A stretch of 33,412 bases of DNA from an uncultured bacterium. Lineage in GTDB: Bacteria; Patescibacteriota; Dojkabacteria; SC72. Below are positions 18,712 to 27,282 of the stretch, piece after piece (the first letter of the stretch is position 1; each line of letters opens with the position of its first letter). The notes below the pieces were generated by a model. It made no database searches. It saw only the letters and a list, made by a program, of their open reading frames with translations, and was not told the origin of the DNA. The translations under genes and the position numbers were made by a program. Location of the stretch: contig CALDJM010000010.1 in the NCBI GenBank assembly GCA_937899155.1, positions 1-33,412 of the forward strand, in the 5' to 3' direction.

Positions 18712-18845
18712 CTCTAGAAGAATAAAGGCGGTTTCATAGCTCCACAATCAAGAGCTAGGGATCCCCAAATCGCTTCACTCCTTGGGGTAAAGTTGAGGGA
18801 ACCCACTTTCTTAAAAGAGCTCTATGACTCTGCCTCCTTCTAGGG
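18712..18845 (+). ncRNA. ssrS: Rod-shaped ncRNA, probable short 6S RNA
   Basis: End-to-end pairing (CTCTAGAAG/CTTCTAGGG, AGGCGG/CTGCCT, TCATAG/CTATGA, GGGATCCCCAA/TTGAGGGAACCC); motifs recall Firmicutes 6S GGGAGCC/GGGCACCCAC; extended -10 TGgGATAAT at 18697-18705; followed by TTTT. Confidence 0.55.
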
Positions 18846-18906
18846 TTTTCCCTATTACAAAACTTTTCTTTCCCTTTGTTGGACCTTTTCACACAACAAC
18901 CTTTTC

Positions 18907-18928
18907 AGGCCAGGCCTAGGCCTGGCCT
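18907..18928. repeat. 22-bp perfect GC-rich palindrome (REP-like), copy 1
   Basis: AGGCCAGGCCTAGGCCTGGCCT. Confidence 0.85.
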
Positions 18929-19086
18929 CAGTTAAGAAAAAGTTAATCTCCAAAAAGTACTGTTCTAACACGGCTTCCTTTGCTTGAGTTGTTTTTGTTG
19001 GAAAAAGTTTTCCTTAGATTTGGACAAGCATATATCCTAAATCCTTACACAGTACAATCACAGAAGATATTAAATATGTATTAACC

Positions 19087-19110
19087 CAGGCAAGGCCTAG
19101 GCCTTGCCTG
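19087..19110. repeat. 24-bp perfect GC-rich palindrome (REP-like), copy 2
   Basis: CAGGCAAGGCCTAGGCCTTGCCTG. Confidence 0.85.
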
Positions 19111-19115
19111 TAGCA

Positions 19116-19144
19116 TTGACTATACTTTTAAGATATAATAGACT
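19116..19144 (+). promoter_or_regulatory. Promoter of tRNA-Thr/Tyr
   Basis: TTGACT-17 bp-TAGACT (with an overlapping TATAAT at 19134-19139) just upstream of the tRNA. Confidence 0.6.
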
Positions 19145-19154
19145 CCATAGGCAA

Positions 19155-19231
19155 GCCCGAGTAGCTCAGTTGGTCAGAGCAGCTGTTTTGTAAACAGCAG
19201 GTCGAGAGTTCGAATCTCTCCTCTGGCTCCA
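19155..19231 (+). tRNA. tRNA-Thr(TGT)
   Basis: Cloverleaf; D arm AGCTCAGTTGGTCAGAGC; anticodon loop TT-TGT-AA; GTTCGAATC; encoded CCA. Confidence 0.96.
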
Positions 19232-19232
19232 T

Positions 19233-19315
19233 GCAGGAATGGCGGAGTGGTCAATCGCGGCAGACTGTAAATCTGCTCCCTTCGGGGTTCATTGGTTCAA
19301 ATCCAATTTCCTGCA
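19233..19315 (+). tRNA. tRNA-Tyr(GTA)
   Basis: GCAGGAA/TTCCTGC acceptor stem, GCAGA-CTGTAAA-TCTGC anticodon arm, long variable arm; no encoded CCA. Confidence 0.96.
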
Positions 19316-19350
19316 TGCCCTTTTAGACCTAAACTTAGCAAACAAAACGA

Positions 19351-20070
19351 ATGTTAGCAGGTGTTTTTTCTCTTGTTTTTTCAGGACTTTTTACACTAGC
19401 AATACTAGCTGCCATTATCTATCTCATAATCAAAGGAAATAGAAAACAAGAAGTAGCAAAGAAAAAAGGAAACAAAAATCTCCTTTTGCACATTTACCTA
19501 TACCTCATTAGCTTTGCAACATTGATTATTGCAGTTGTAGGAATAACAATATCTTTAAATGCACTCTTTTCATACAAAATTTCAATACCCTTCTCATACA
19601 GTGTTAACCAACTAGCATACGACCCAAAAGATGAATTCTCAGGAATGACAGAGAGCACAGAAAAATGTTATCAAGGCGAAATAACTAATATATTAGGACA
19701 GAATGCTTGTTTTGACGAAAACAAACAGAAAAAATCCATAATCACTGGCCTTACCCTTACAATATCAATGTTAATACTTTTTGCACTACATAGAATCGCC
19801 ATTAAGTTTGCAGAGAAAAAAGACATTATTATCTGGTTAAAAAAGCTATATAATTTTGCATCTTTGATTATATATAGTGTTGTTAGCATCATCGCCACTC
19901 CAATTTCAATATACCTAACCATTACATATGCATACTTTAGACCAGAAGACATTACTCAAATAGAAGCTCCTGGCAGTGCAATTGCTCTTGCAATAGTTTC
20001 AATACCTCTCTGGATAATATTCTTAATAGCAACATTAAAACTAAGAGATAAGGAAGAGAAAGAAAAATAG
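19351..20070 (+). CDS. Polytopic membrane protein (DUF5671-like)
   Basis: About five TM segments; repeated 'IYLYLISFATL' / 'LYNFASLI' pattern; family assignment from memory only. Confidence 0.7.
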   Translation: MLAGVFSLVFSGLFTLAILAAIIYLIIKGNRKQEVAKKKGNKNLLLHIYLYLISFATLIIAVVGITISLNALFSYKISIPFSYSVNQLAYDPKDEFSGMTESTEKCYQGEITNILGQNACFDENKQKKSIITGLTLTISMLILFALHRIAIKFAEKKDIIIWLKKLYNFASLIIYSVVSIIATPISIYLTITYAYFRPEDITQIEAPGSAIALAIVSIPLWIIFLIATLKLRDKEEKEK

Positions 20071-20074
20071 TTCA

Positions 20075-20148
20075 GCTGAATTAGCTCAGACGGTTAGAGC
20101 GCATTCTTGGTAAGAATGAGGTCCCGAGTTCGACTCTCGGATTCAGCT
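20075..20148 (+). tRNA. tRNA-Thr(GGT)
   Basis: GCTGAAT/ATTCAGC acceptor stem, CATTC-TTGGTAA-GAATG anticodon arm, GTTCGACTC; no encoded CCA. Confidence 0.95.
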
Positions 20149-20193
20149 CTCATTACAAACTGCCTTTTAAAATCTAAAAACCTAAGTAAACAT

Positions 20194-20712
20194 ATGACAA
20201 TAGAAAGGCATTCTAACGAACACAAAGTTGATCTACCTCAAGAAGAAATGGTTTGGATTGAAAGAAATCTTTCACATTTACAATCTCTATTCCACGACAT
20301 ACTTGGCAACCCTCTTGATTTTGACAGATATGCAGAAGAAGTAGAGGTTTGCGAAGTCAAAAGCAAGCAACCCACAGGCTTAATTCTCTCCTATGCCCTA
20401 TACGGAGAACCTGATTTTGAGAACAAATTAAATCAGTGTTTTAAAATCACCCTATTAAATGAGTTCGTCATAATATTGGTTGATAAAGATGGTGCTATAG
20501 ATGAAATACATTCAAATATAAATTCAGATGAACCCCACCCTATTTCCCAATGGTTATATGATAGATACAAGCAGATTGATAAGATAATAGATAATAATAT
20601 AGATTACTATGTATCACCAACCGCAGGGGAGTTTGCATATAGAGGAAAAGAAGATGTAGAAAAGGCAAAAGAGATATATGATTCTTTAAATAAAGAAATA
20701 CCTTGGATGTAA
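20194..20712 (+). CDS. Hypothetical acidic protein
   Basis: The ORF-track start at 20107 lies inside the tRNA; first in-frame ATG after the tRNA is 20194. Confidence 0.7.
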   Translation: MTIERHSNEHKVDLPQEEMVWIERNLSHLQSLFHDILGNPLDFDRYAEEVEVCEVKSKQPTGLILSYALYGEPDFENKLNQCFKITLLNEFVIILVDKDGAIDEIHSNINSDEPHPISQWLYDRYKQIDKIIDNNIDYYVSPTAGEFAYRGKEDVEKAKEIYDSLNKEIPWM

Positions 20713-20795
20713 ACCTGTTTCTATTGGTGTTATTTTGCTTACCCCTATATTTCTGCTATTATTATCAGTAAATAAATTATTATAAAAAACATCAA

Positions 20796-21383
20796 ATGAG
20801 CTTTAGAGAAGGTCATAACTATACACACAGTTGGGGAGATCGAATTAAAAGAATCGAAAAGAACAAACCATTTGAAGTTAATACACCACCACCATTAGAA
20901 GTAAAAAATCCAAAAGTTTTAGAGAATGTTCAAAGAGAACTGAATTACATCCTTGGACTAAAAAGTGTAAAGAAAAGCCAAGATATTGCTGATAGCATAT
21001 CTATATATCTTAAAAAAGGAGAAGAAAGTAAAAGATCTATTCTATCAACTTCCCCAAATATTAATATTGAATTTACTAGAGATAATGATGGAAATATTAC
21101 AGAGAAGAAAATGTTTTTTCAAAGAGGTGTAAAAAAATGTGAATTTATATTCTCAAATGGAGAAAATGGAGAAGTTATGAGCACGGGAGAAAATAATCTT
21201 GATTCACATTATAACGAGGCAATATATGGTTGGGTACAGGCAGGTATGAAACTTTTTAAGGATGCTATAGAACAAGATGCCTACACTCCAAACACCTCTG
21301 TAAACATAGAATATGCTCGAGATACTTCAACAACTACAGAACAACCTACAGAAGTAAGTCCCAAAGGTCCTATGGAGATCTAA
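20796..21383 (+). CDS. Hypothetical protein
   Basis: 195-aa ORF with ATG start and upstream TGcTATTAT; no recognised motif. Confidence 0.7.
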   Translation: MSFREGHNYTHSWGDRIKRIEKNKPFEVNTPPPLEVKNPKVLENVQRELNYILGLKSVKKSQDIADSISIYLKKGEESKRSILSTSPNINIEFTRDNDGNITEKKMFFQRGVKKCEFIFSNGENGEVMSTGENNLDSHYNEAIYGWVQAGMKLFKDAIEQDAYTPNTSVNIEYARDTSTTTEQPTEVSPKGPMEI

Positions 21384-21392
21384 ATAAAATAT

Positions 21393-21421
21393 TTGACCTT
21401 ACAAACAATTTACCATATAAT
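21393..21421 (+). promoter_or_regulatory. Sigma70 promoter of the rpmG operon
   Basis: TTGACC-17 bp-TATAAT. Confidence 0.8.
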
Positions 21422-21470
21422 ACCTAAGTATTTCCCATATAAAATATTCTAATTTTCATTTTCTGAGGGA

Positions 21471-21635
21471 ATGGCAAAAGTAAAAAGAGACATTATAGCT
21501 TTTAAATGTACAAAGTGTGAGAATAAAAATTACACTGTATATAAAACTAGAAATGTTAAAGATAAAATCGAATTAAACAAGTTCTGTAAGACTTGTAAGG
21601 CACATACAGCACACAAAGAAACTAAGGTTAAATAG
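21471..21635 (+). CDS. rpmG: 50S ribosomal protein bL33 (Zn-ribbon type)
   Basis: Below the ORF-track cutoff; MAKVKRDIIAFKCTKCENKNYTVYKTRNVKDKIELNKFCKTCKAHTAHKETKVK. Confidence 0.96.
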   Translation: MAKVKRDIIAFKCTKCENKNYTVYKTRNVKDKIELNKFCKTCKAHTAHKETKVK

Positions 21636-21659
21636 TGGTGCATCGCTCTTTACCGATAC

Positions 21660-21735
21660 GGGCCCATAGTTTCAATTGGTAAAACAGCGGTCTCCAAAAC
21701 CGTAGTTCACCGTTCGAGTCGGTGTGGGCCTGCCA
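21660..21735 (+). tRNA. tRNA-Trp(CCA)
   Basis: GGGCCCA/TGGGCCT acceptor stem, GCGGT-CTCCAAA-ACCGT anticodon arm, encoded CCA; canonical rpmG-trnW-secE order. Confidence 0.96.
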
Positions 21736-21753
21736 AGTTTAATAAAAAAGAAT

Positions 21754-21927
21754 ATGAAATTTTTTAAAAACATAAAAACAGAATTAAAAAACAGCACATG
21801 GCCATCTAAGAAAGATATTCTTCATATGTCCATCTATGTATTACTATTCTGTATCCTCATCTCTTTGTTAATGGTATTCCTAGACTTAGGATTAGCACAT
21901 GTAAGAGATTGGTTTCTTAAAATTTAA
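21754..21927 (+). CDS. secE: Preprotein translocase subunit SecE
   Basis: ELK..TWPSKK motif + single TM; upstream of nusG. Confidence 0.93.
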   Translation: MKFFKNIKTELKNSTWPSKKDILHMSIYVLLFCILISLLMVFLDLGLAHVRDWFLKI

Positions 21928-21943
21928 TTAAATTAGAGTGAAA

Positions 21944-22531
21944 ATGGCAGAAAAAAAGGTAACAAAAAAGACAAAGAAAGAAGTAAAAGCTACTAAAAAG
22001 GATAATCCTAATGCAAAATGGTATGTGTTAAACATTCGAAATGGATATGAGAACAAGATTCAGAAAGAGATAAGACAGAGAGCTGAAGCTACAGGTATGG
22101 AAGAAAAGATTGACGAAATGCTTGTTCCTGTACAAAAAAAGATTTTTGTTAAGAAAGGAAAGCAAGAAGTCAAAGAAGAGAAGATTTTCCCAGGATATAT
22201 CTTGATTAAGATGGAGTTAGATAACAAGACATGGGATTTAGTACAAAATACAGATGGTGTAAGAGGTTTTGTTAAAACAGACAGATATCCAAAGCCATTG
22301 GCAGAGAGCGAAGTAAAAGCAATTACCAAATTCATGGAAGTCGAACAGCCATCATTCCAGACATCATTCAGTATTGGCGAGGCTGTTAAAATTACAGAAG
22401 GTGCATTTGCTGACTTCATTGGAAGTGTTCAAGAGATTGATACTACTAAGGGTAAGATAAAAGTCCTCATCTCATTCTTAGGAAGAGAAGCTCCTGTTGA
22501 TTTAGAGCTTTCTCAAGTAACAAAACTTTAG
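21944..22531 (+). CDS. nusG: Transcription termination/antitermination factor NusG
   Basis: KWYVL...GYE, FPGYIL, KOW VKITEGAFADF.G, FLGRE.PV. Confidence 0.97.
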   Translation: MAEKKVTKKTKKEVKATKKDNPNAKWYVLNIRNGYENKIQKEIRQRAEATGMEEKIDEMLVPVQKKIFVKKGKQEVKEEKIFPGYILIKMELDNKTWDLVQNTDGVRGFVKTDRYPKPLAESEVKAITKFMEVEQPSFQTSFSIGEAVKITEGAFADFIGSVQEIDTTKGKIKVLISFLGREAPVDLELSQVTKL

Positions 22532-22551
22532 TTAATAATTAGATAGTATAT

Positions 22552-22977
22552 ATGGCAAAAGAAATTAAAAAAGTAATTAAAATTACAATTCCTGCAGGAC
22601 AAGCTACTATGGCTCCTCCTATTGGACCTACCCTAGCCCCTTACGGTATTAATACACAAGACTTCTGTACTCAGTTTAATGACAAAACCAGAGAAGATAA
22701 TGGAATCTTGACTCCTGTCGTATTAACAATATATGAAGACAGGACCTTCTCTTTTATTACAAAAACACCCCCTACTTCAGAACTAATCAGAAGAGAATTA
22801 AATATTAAAAAAGGTTCAGGACAGCCTAACTTAAAGAAAGTTGGGAAATTAACCAGAGAGCAATTGATGAAGATTGTTGAGATTAAAATGCCAGACCTCA
22901 ACACTACAGATCCAGAGCAAGGATTAAAAATCGTTGCTGGTACAGCAAAACAGATGGGCATTGATACAGATATTTAA
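22552..22977 (+). CDS. rplK: 50S ribosomal protein uL11
   Basis: AGQAT.APPIGP.L, FCTQFN, KTPP, KMPDLN. Confidence 0.98.
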   Translation: MAKEIKKVIKITIPAGQATMAPPIGPTLAPYGINTQDFCTQFNDKTREDNGILTPVVLTIYEDRTFSFITKTPPTSELIRRELNIKKGSGQPNLKKVGKLTREQLMKIVEIKMPDLNTTDPEQGLKIVAGTAKQMGIDTDI

Positions 22978-22991
22978 TAATAGCCAAAAAT

Positions 22992-23684
22992 ATGAAAAGA
23001 GGAAAAAATTACAAAAAAATAGTTAAAGACTTAGACAAATCAACTACATATAACTTAGCTGAAGGAATAAAGAAAGTAAAAACTCTCTCCTACTCTAAAT
23101 TTGTAGGTTCTTTAGAGATTCATGTTGCTTTAAAACTATCAAAAGATAAAGATCCTAAATCATTAAAAGGAGCTATTTCGCTACCACACACCACATCTCA
23201 AAAAGAGGTAAAGGTTGCTGTATTCTGTACTCCTGAAAAAGAAGCAGAGGCTAAGAAAGCAGGTGCTGATATTGTTGGGTTAGATAATCTTGTTAAAGAT
23301 ATTAAGGCAGGAAAGATGAATTTTGATGTAGCAATAGCAACACCTGATGTAATGCCAAAGATTGCTGTTTTAGGTAAAGAACTAGGACCAAAAGGTTTGA
23401 TGCCAAGTCCTAAGAATGACACAGTAACAGAAGATATTGCTTCTACAGTATCTGAATACAAGAAAGGAAAACAGACATTTACATGTGATCCATCTGGAGT
23501 TGTACATATGAGTGTCGGAAAATTGGATTTAAAAGATGAGAAGTTAATTGAAAACATTCACTCTGCACTACTTGCAATTTCAAATGTTGTTGGAAAAACA
23601 CCAGAGTTGATGATAAAGAGGTTACATCTTAGCCCAACAATGGGAGCTAGTGTAAAAATCTCTTACAGTAGAGAGCAAGAATAG
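22992..23684 (+). CDS. rplA: 50S ribosomal protein uL1
   Basis: LPH, AKKAGADIVG, FDVAIATPD.M, LGPKGLMP.PK, PTMG. Confidence 0.97.
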   Translation: MKRGKNYKKIVKDLDKSTTYNLAEGIKKVKTLSYSKFVGSLEIHVALKLSKDKDPKSLKGAISLPHTTSQKEVKVAVFCTPEKEAEAKKAGADIVGLDNLVKDIKAGKMNFDVAIATPDVMPKIAVLGKELGPKGLMPSPKNDTVTEDIASTVSEYKKGKQTFTCDPSGVVHMSVGKLDLKDEKLIENIHSALLAISNVVGKTPELMIKRLHLSPTMGASVKISYSREQE

Positions 23685-23814
23685 GCCTAAGATATTGCAG
23701 AAATCTTCTACCCTACTCTCAGCTTCCTTATCTCTTTTTTGAGCATTCCTACCTAATTCTGGTATAGCAGCTATTTTCCATTGACTACTTTCAATAACTG
23801 CATATAATATAAAC

Positions 23815-24798
23815 ATGGTAATAGTAACTGGAGGTTCAGGACATATAGGCAATGTACTTGTCAGAACCCTAATTAACAAAGGATATGAAGTTGGAGTCAT
23901 AGATAGAGACCCTAGTACGGACAAAGCCATAGCTGACCTACCCATAAAATACTTCCAAGGCGACATTCGCGACTTAGACTTCCTAACCGAAGTATTCAAA
24001 AAAGCTGAATATGTATGCCATCTAGCTGGGATAATATCAATAGTACCAGGTAATGAAGACCTACTTTACAGTGTAAATGTAGATGGTACTAAAAATGTCA
24101 TAGAAGCATGTAAAAGAGCAAAAGTTAAAAGACTACTCTACACCAGCTCTGTTCATGCACTCTACGAACCACCAAAAGGTATACCCATAATTGAGAAATT
24201 AGCAAAAGTTAAAAATGTCAAAGGTGAATATGCAAAAACTAAAATAATGGCAACAAGAGCTGTCATAGATGCAACAAAAGAAGGTCTAAGCACAGTAGTG
24301 GTATATCCTGCAGGCATTATCGGTCCTTTTGACTTCAAACACTCAGAAGTTGGAAGTTTAATTCGTGATGCTAGAAAATACTCCAAAGTCTTCTATGTTG
24401 AAGGAGGATATAATTTTGCCGATGTCAGAGATGTAGCACAAGGTATGGTGCTTGCTCTAGAAAAAGGACGAACAGGAGAAGGATATCTACTTGCTGGGCA
24501 TAAAATAACAATATTTGAACTATTCCTAGCATTAGCAAAAATTACTAAGACTCCTATACCAAAATTCAAAGCTCCTACATGTATAGTGAAGTTCCTTGCC
24601 CCTATTGCAGAGTTCTTCTACAAAATATTAAAAAGAAAGCCTGTGTTTACAGAGTATGCAATAGATGTCCTGAACTCTAACTACGCTACAGATAGTAGTA
24701 AAGCAAAAAAAGAGTTAGGCTATAAGACAAGAGATATATACAAAACAATAGAAGACACATTAAATTGGTATGAAGGAAAAGAAGTTGGAATTGAGTAA
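23815..24798 (+). CDS. NAD-dependent epimerase/dehydratase (dihydroflavonol reductase/HpnA-like extended SDR)
   Basis: VTGGSGHIG, HLAG, NVDGT.NV, YTSS, YAKTK; TTGACT-16-TATAAT 6 nt before ATG. Confidence 0.9.
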   Translation: MVIVTGGSGHIGNVLVRTLINKGYEVGVIDRDPSTDKAIADLPIKYFQGDIRDLDFLTEVFKKAEYVCHLAGIISIVPGNEDLLYSVNVDGTKNVIEACKRAKVKRLLYTSSVHALYEPPKGIPIIEKLAKVKNVKGEYAKTKIMATRAVIDATKEGLSTVVVYPAGIIGPFDFKHSEVGSLIRDARKYSKVFYVEGGYNFADVRDVAQGMVLALEKGRTGEGYLLAGHKITIFELFLALAKITKTPIPKFKAPTCIVKFLAPIAEFFYKILKRKPVFTEYAIDVLNSNYATDSSKAKKELGYKTRDIYKTIEDTLNWYEGKEVGIE

Positions 24799-25762
24799 TA
24801 AGAAGAGAAAAGTAATGGTATTTGGTGGAACTGGCTTTATAGGTTGCCATATTACAAAAGAACTTTTAGAAAACAATTATGATGTTACCTGTGTATCTAA
24901 AGATGAAAATGTCCAAGAGAATGACTACATAAAAGGTGCTTCATTTACATTTGCTGATTTGGAAAAGATAGACGATAAAGAAACAGAGGAATTACTATCA
25001 GGCTATGATTATTTCATCTTCGCTGCTGGTGTCGATGACAGGTATATCCCTAAAGCTCCAGCTTTAGAGTTTTTTAGGAAAGCAAATGTTGATACTACAC
25101 TCAAAATTACTAAAGCAGCAAAAAAGGTTGGTGTAAAGAAGGGTGTAATAATTACCTCCTACTTCGCACATTTTGCTAGAAAACATCCTGAATGGGAGTT
25201 AACAAAACACCACCCATATATAAAATCTAGAGTTGAACAGGAAGATGAGTGTATGAAGTTAGTTGATGATACTTTCTCTGTTGTAGTTCTCCAACTCCCC
25301 TATGTCATTGGTGCAATCAAAGGAAGAAAGCCTCTCTTTAAACCACTTGTTAAGTATTTACACCTCTCTGGCCCTACTCTTTTTATGCAAGATGGAACTG
25401 CTGTCATTACTGTCAAACAGGTTGCTAGAGCAGCAAAAGGTGCTTTGAGTGATAACATTGTTAGTAATATCTACCCCATAGCTACACAGAACCTTACCTG
25501 GAACGAGTTTATTAAAAAGATTAATCCCAAAAAGAGACAGATCATACATATTCCAAAGTTTTTGATAAAAGCATTTGGTTGGTTAATTGACACTTTACAC
25601 AAAATAAAAGGTAAGGAGGGTGGATTGAAAATGACAGAGTATGTGAATATGCAAGTTGCTAAGCTTTTTTTGAATTTAAATGAATATAAAGATCTTTTTG
25701 ATATTATAGAAGGTGAATTAGAAGAAGCCTTCAAAGATATGGTCGAAGAGAGTTTAATTTAA
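24770..25762 (+). CDS. NAD-dependent epimerase/dehydratase family protein
   Basis: VFGGTGFIG, FAAG.DDR, YIKSR (YxxxR variant); overlaps the previous gene. Confidence 0.88.
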   Translation: MKEKKLELSNKKRKVMVFGGTGFIGCHITKELLENNYDVTCVSKDENVQENDYIKGASFTFADLEKIDDKETEELLSGYDYFIFAAGVDDRYIPKAPALEFFRKANVDTTLKITKAAKKVGVKKGVIITSYFAHFARKHPEWELTKHHPYIKSRVEQEDECMKLVDDTFSVVVLQLPYVIGAIKGRKPLFKPLVKYLHLSGPTLFMQDGTAVITVKQVARAAKGALSDNIVSNIYPIATQNLTWNEFIKKINPKKRQIIHIPKFLIKAFGWLIDTLHKIKGKEGGLKMTEYVNMQVAKLFLNLNEYKDLFDIIEGELEEAFKDMVEESLI

Positions 25763-25777
25763 CTATAAAAAATATAT

Positions 25778-26374
25778 ATGAGCAAAGTAAAAATAATAGC
25801 TTTGATTGTAGGATCAATATTTGGAATAACAACTATTGCCTCCGTTGCAAAATATATTACTTGGAGAAATCACTTTGAGATAGAAAAGAAAGATATGGTC
25901 TGTTACACTGCCCTATCAAATGTTGATAGTATAGAAGAATCTGTTAAAGGTAAGCTAGAAAATATGTTAGATGATGAAAAGAATAGCTATATCGAGTTTT
26001 CTGTAGAAGAGATTTTAGTACTACTAAGAGAGTACGCCGATGCGCCAACGGGCATTAAAGTCTTAGATGCTTGTGTTAAACCTAAGAATGATATATGGAT
26101 GCTATATCTCCAAACTAAGGTAACTGCTCTAAAAGCTCCATGGATTGGTATTACGCTACAAAAAGATGAGAGTGGTAGCCTAAAAGCAAACAAAGCATCA
26201 ATTGCTGATGTTTCTTTCCCTATCCCAACAGTAGAACAGATATATTATAAAGCTCATGATCTACTACATGCAACAACAGATAAAATGATGAACTATGTTG
26301 ATACTATGGATGATGTTGATAAGAAGATAGAACTGCATGATACAAAGATCATTTTCAACAATAGTAAGAGATAA
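25778..26374 (+). CDS. Hypothetical membrane-anchored protein
   Basis: N-terminal hydrophobic helix followed by a soluble domain. Confidence 0.7.
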   Translation: MSKVKIIALIVGSIFGITTIASVAKYITWRNHFEIEKKDMVCYTALSNVDSIEESVKGKLENMLDDEKNSYIEFSVEEILVLLREYADAPTGIKVLDACVKPKNDIWMLYLQTKVTALKAPWIGITLQKDESGSLKANKASIADVSFPIPTVEQIYYKAHDLLHATTDKMMNYVDTMDDVDKKIELHDTKIIFNNSKR

Positions 26375-26415
26375 CAATATATAGCTCTAACTTATAGTAC
26401 ATGGTATAATTAAGT

Positions 26416-27228
26416 ATGGAAGAAGAGCATTATTATGTCGATTGTTTTGATTACAGTAAAGATGATTGGTCCTATATTCAAGAGGGAGGAGAAGTTGATA
26501 CTCGCCTTACAGTTAAGAATGTTGGAGATAAATCTTTTGTAATTCGCCCCCCTTCCCTATCTGAGAATAGGAGATTCACTATTGATTCTAATCATTTTGA
26601 AGTTGCTAAGAATCTAAAAAATCTTACAAAAGAATTAGAAGATTTTGATTTTGGAATCCCCAACTACAATTTCGTTGTGTCAGAAATTCACACAAAAGAA
26701 GGATCTAAAGGACAAGGTCTATGTATAATGTCAGAATATATCGTAGGTCGATGCCTACCTCTAAACTATCAAATATGTTGGAATGATGACAAAGAAAACT
26801 TCTACACTCAAATGGATAAGTGGTTAACAAACATTACCAAACACAGTATGTGTAAATATCTTTTAGCAGAGAAAGACTCTCTTTTTCTAACAGACATATT
26901 CAGACCTGTACAATTCGCCTATTCATGTAATGAAGAAAGGATATATTTGGTAGATTTAGATCCATTCTATGACAAAATATTAAATGAGGATGGAACAGTA
27001 AATAAAAGGTTACTCATTGGATTAAAAACTATTAACTCACAGAGAAACTACTATTTAAACAAGATGAATCGTGAGGGTTTGAATAGTAAAAATTGGGGAG
27101 ATAAATCTAAAGAGATGCTAAAAAAATTATTAGAGAGTACTGATTTTGTAAAAGATGCTGTATATAACTCTGAGACCGATAATATTATGAGAAATTTAAA
27201 ACAGGGTTTGTACTACAAGAAGTTTTAA
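26416..27228 (+). CDS. Hypothetical protein, possible protein-kinase-like fold
   Basis: IP...; IMSEYIVG; DIFRPVQF; IYLVDLD; TGgTATAAT 5 nt before ATG. Confidence 0.65.
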   Translation: MEEEHYYVDCFDYSKDDWSYIQEGGEVDTRLTVKNVGDKSFVIRPPSLSENRRFTIDSNHFEVAKNLKNLTKELEDFDFGIPNYNFVVSEIHTKEGSKGQGLCIMSEYIVGRCLPLNYQICWNDDKENFYTQMDKWLTNITKHSMCKYLLAEKDSLFLTDIFRPVQFAYSCNEERIYLVDLDPFYDKILNEDGTVNKRLLIGLKTINSQRNYYLNKMNREGLNSKNWGDKSKEMLKKLLESTDFVKDAVYNSETDNIMRNLKQGLYYKKF

Positions 27229-27243
27229 TACTAAAGACCATAC

Positions 27244-27272
27244 TTGACCTTCCCCACTCCATCATATATAAT
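27244..27272 (+). promoter_or_regulatory. Sigma70 promoter of rplJL
   Basis: TTGACC-17 bp-TATAAT. Confidence 0.8.
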
Positions 27273-27282
27273 TCGTCTAGTT

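Noticed and set aside
18727-18834. 5S rRNA or SRP RNA interpretation of the structured RNA
   Set aside because: Lacks the 5S loop C CCGAAC-type motif and the SRP helix-8 motif; no rRNA operon context.
17807-19150. Possible replication origin at the gene-orientation switch
   Set aside because: No DnaA-box cluster or dnaA seen, and the plus strand still looks C-rich after the switch; a skew calculation would be needed.
19239-19442. 67-aa ORF MAEWSIAADCKSAP...
   Set aside because: Spurious translation of tRNA-Tyr.
20107-20193. N-terminal extensions given by the ORF track here and at 21724-21753
   Set aside because: They start inside tRNA genes; downstream ATGs (20194, 21754) were used.
19155-21735. 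tRNA-integrated prophage or genomic island
   Set aside because: No integrase, phage genes or duplicated tRNA 3' end found.
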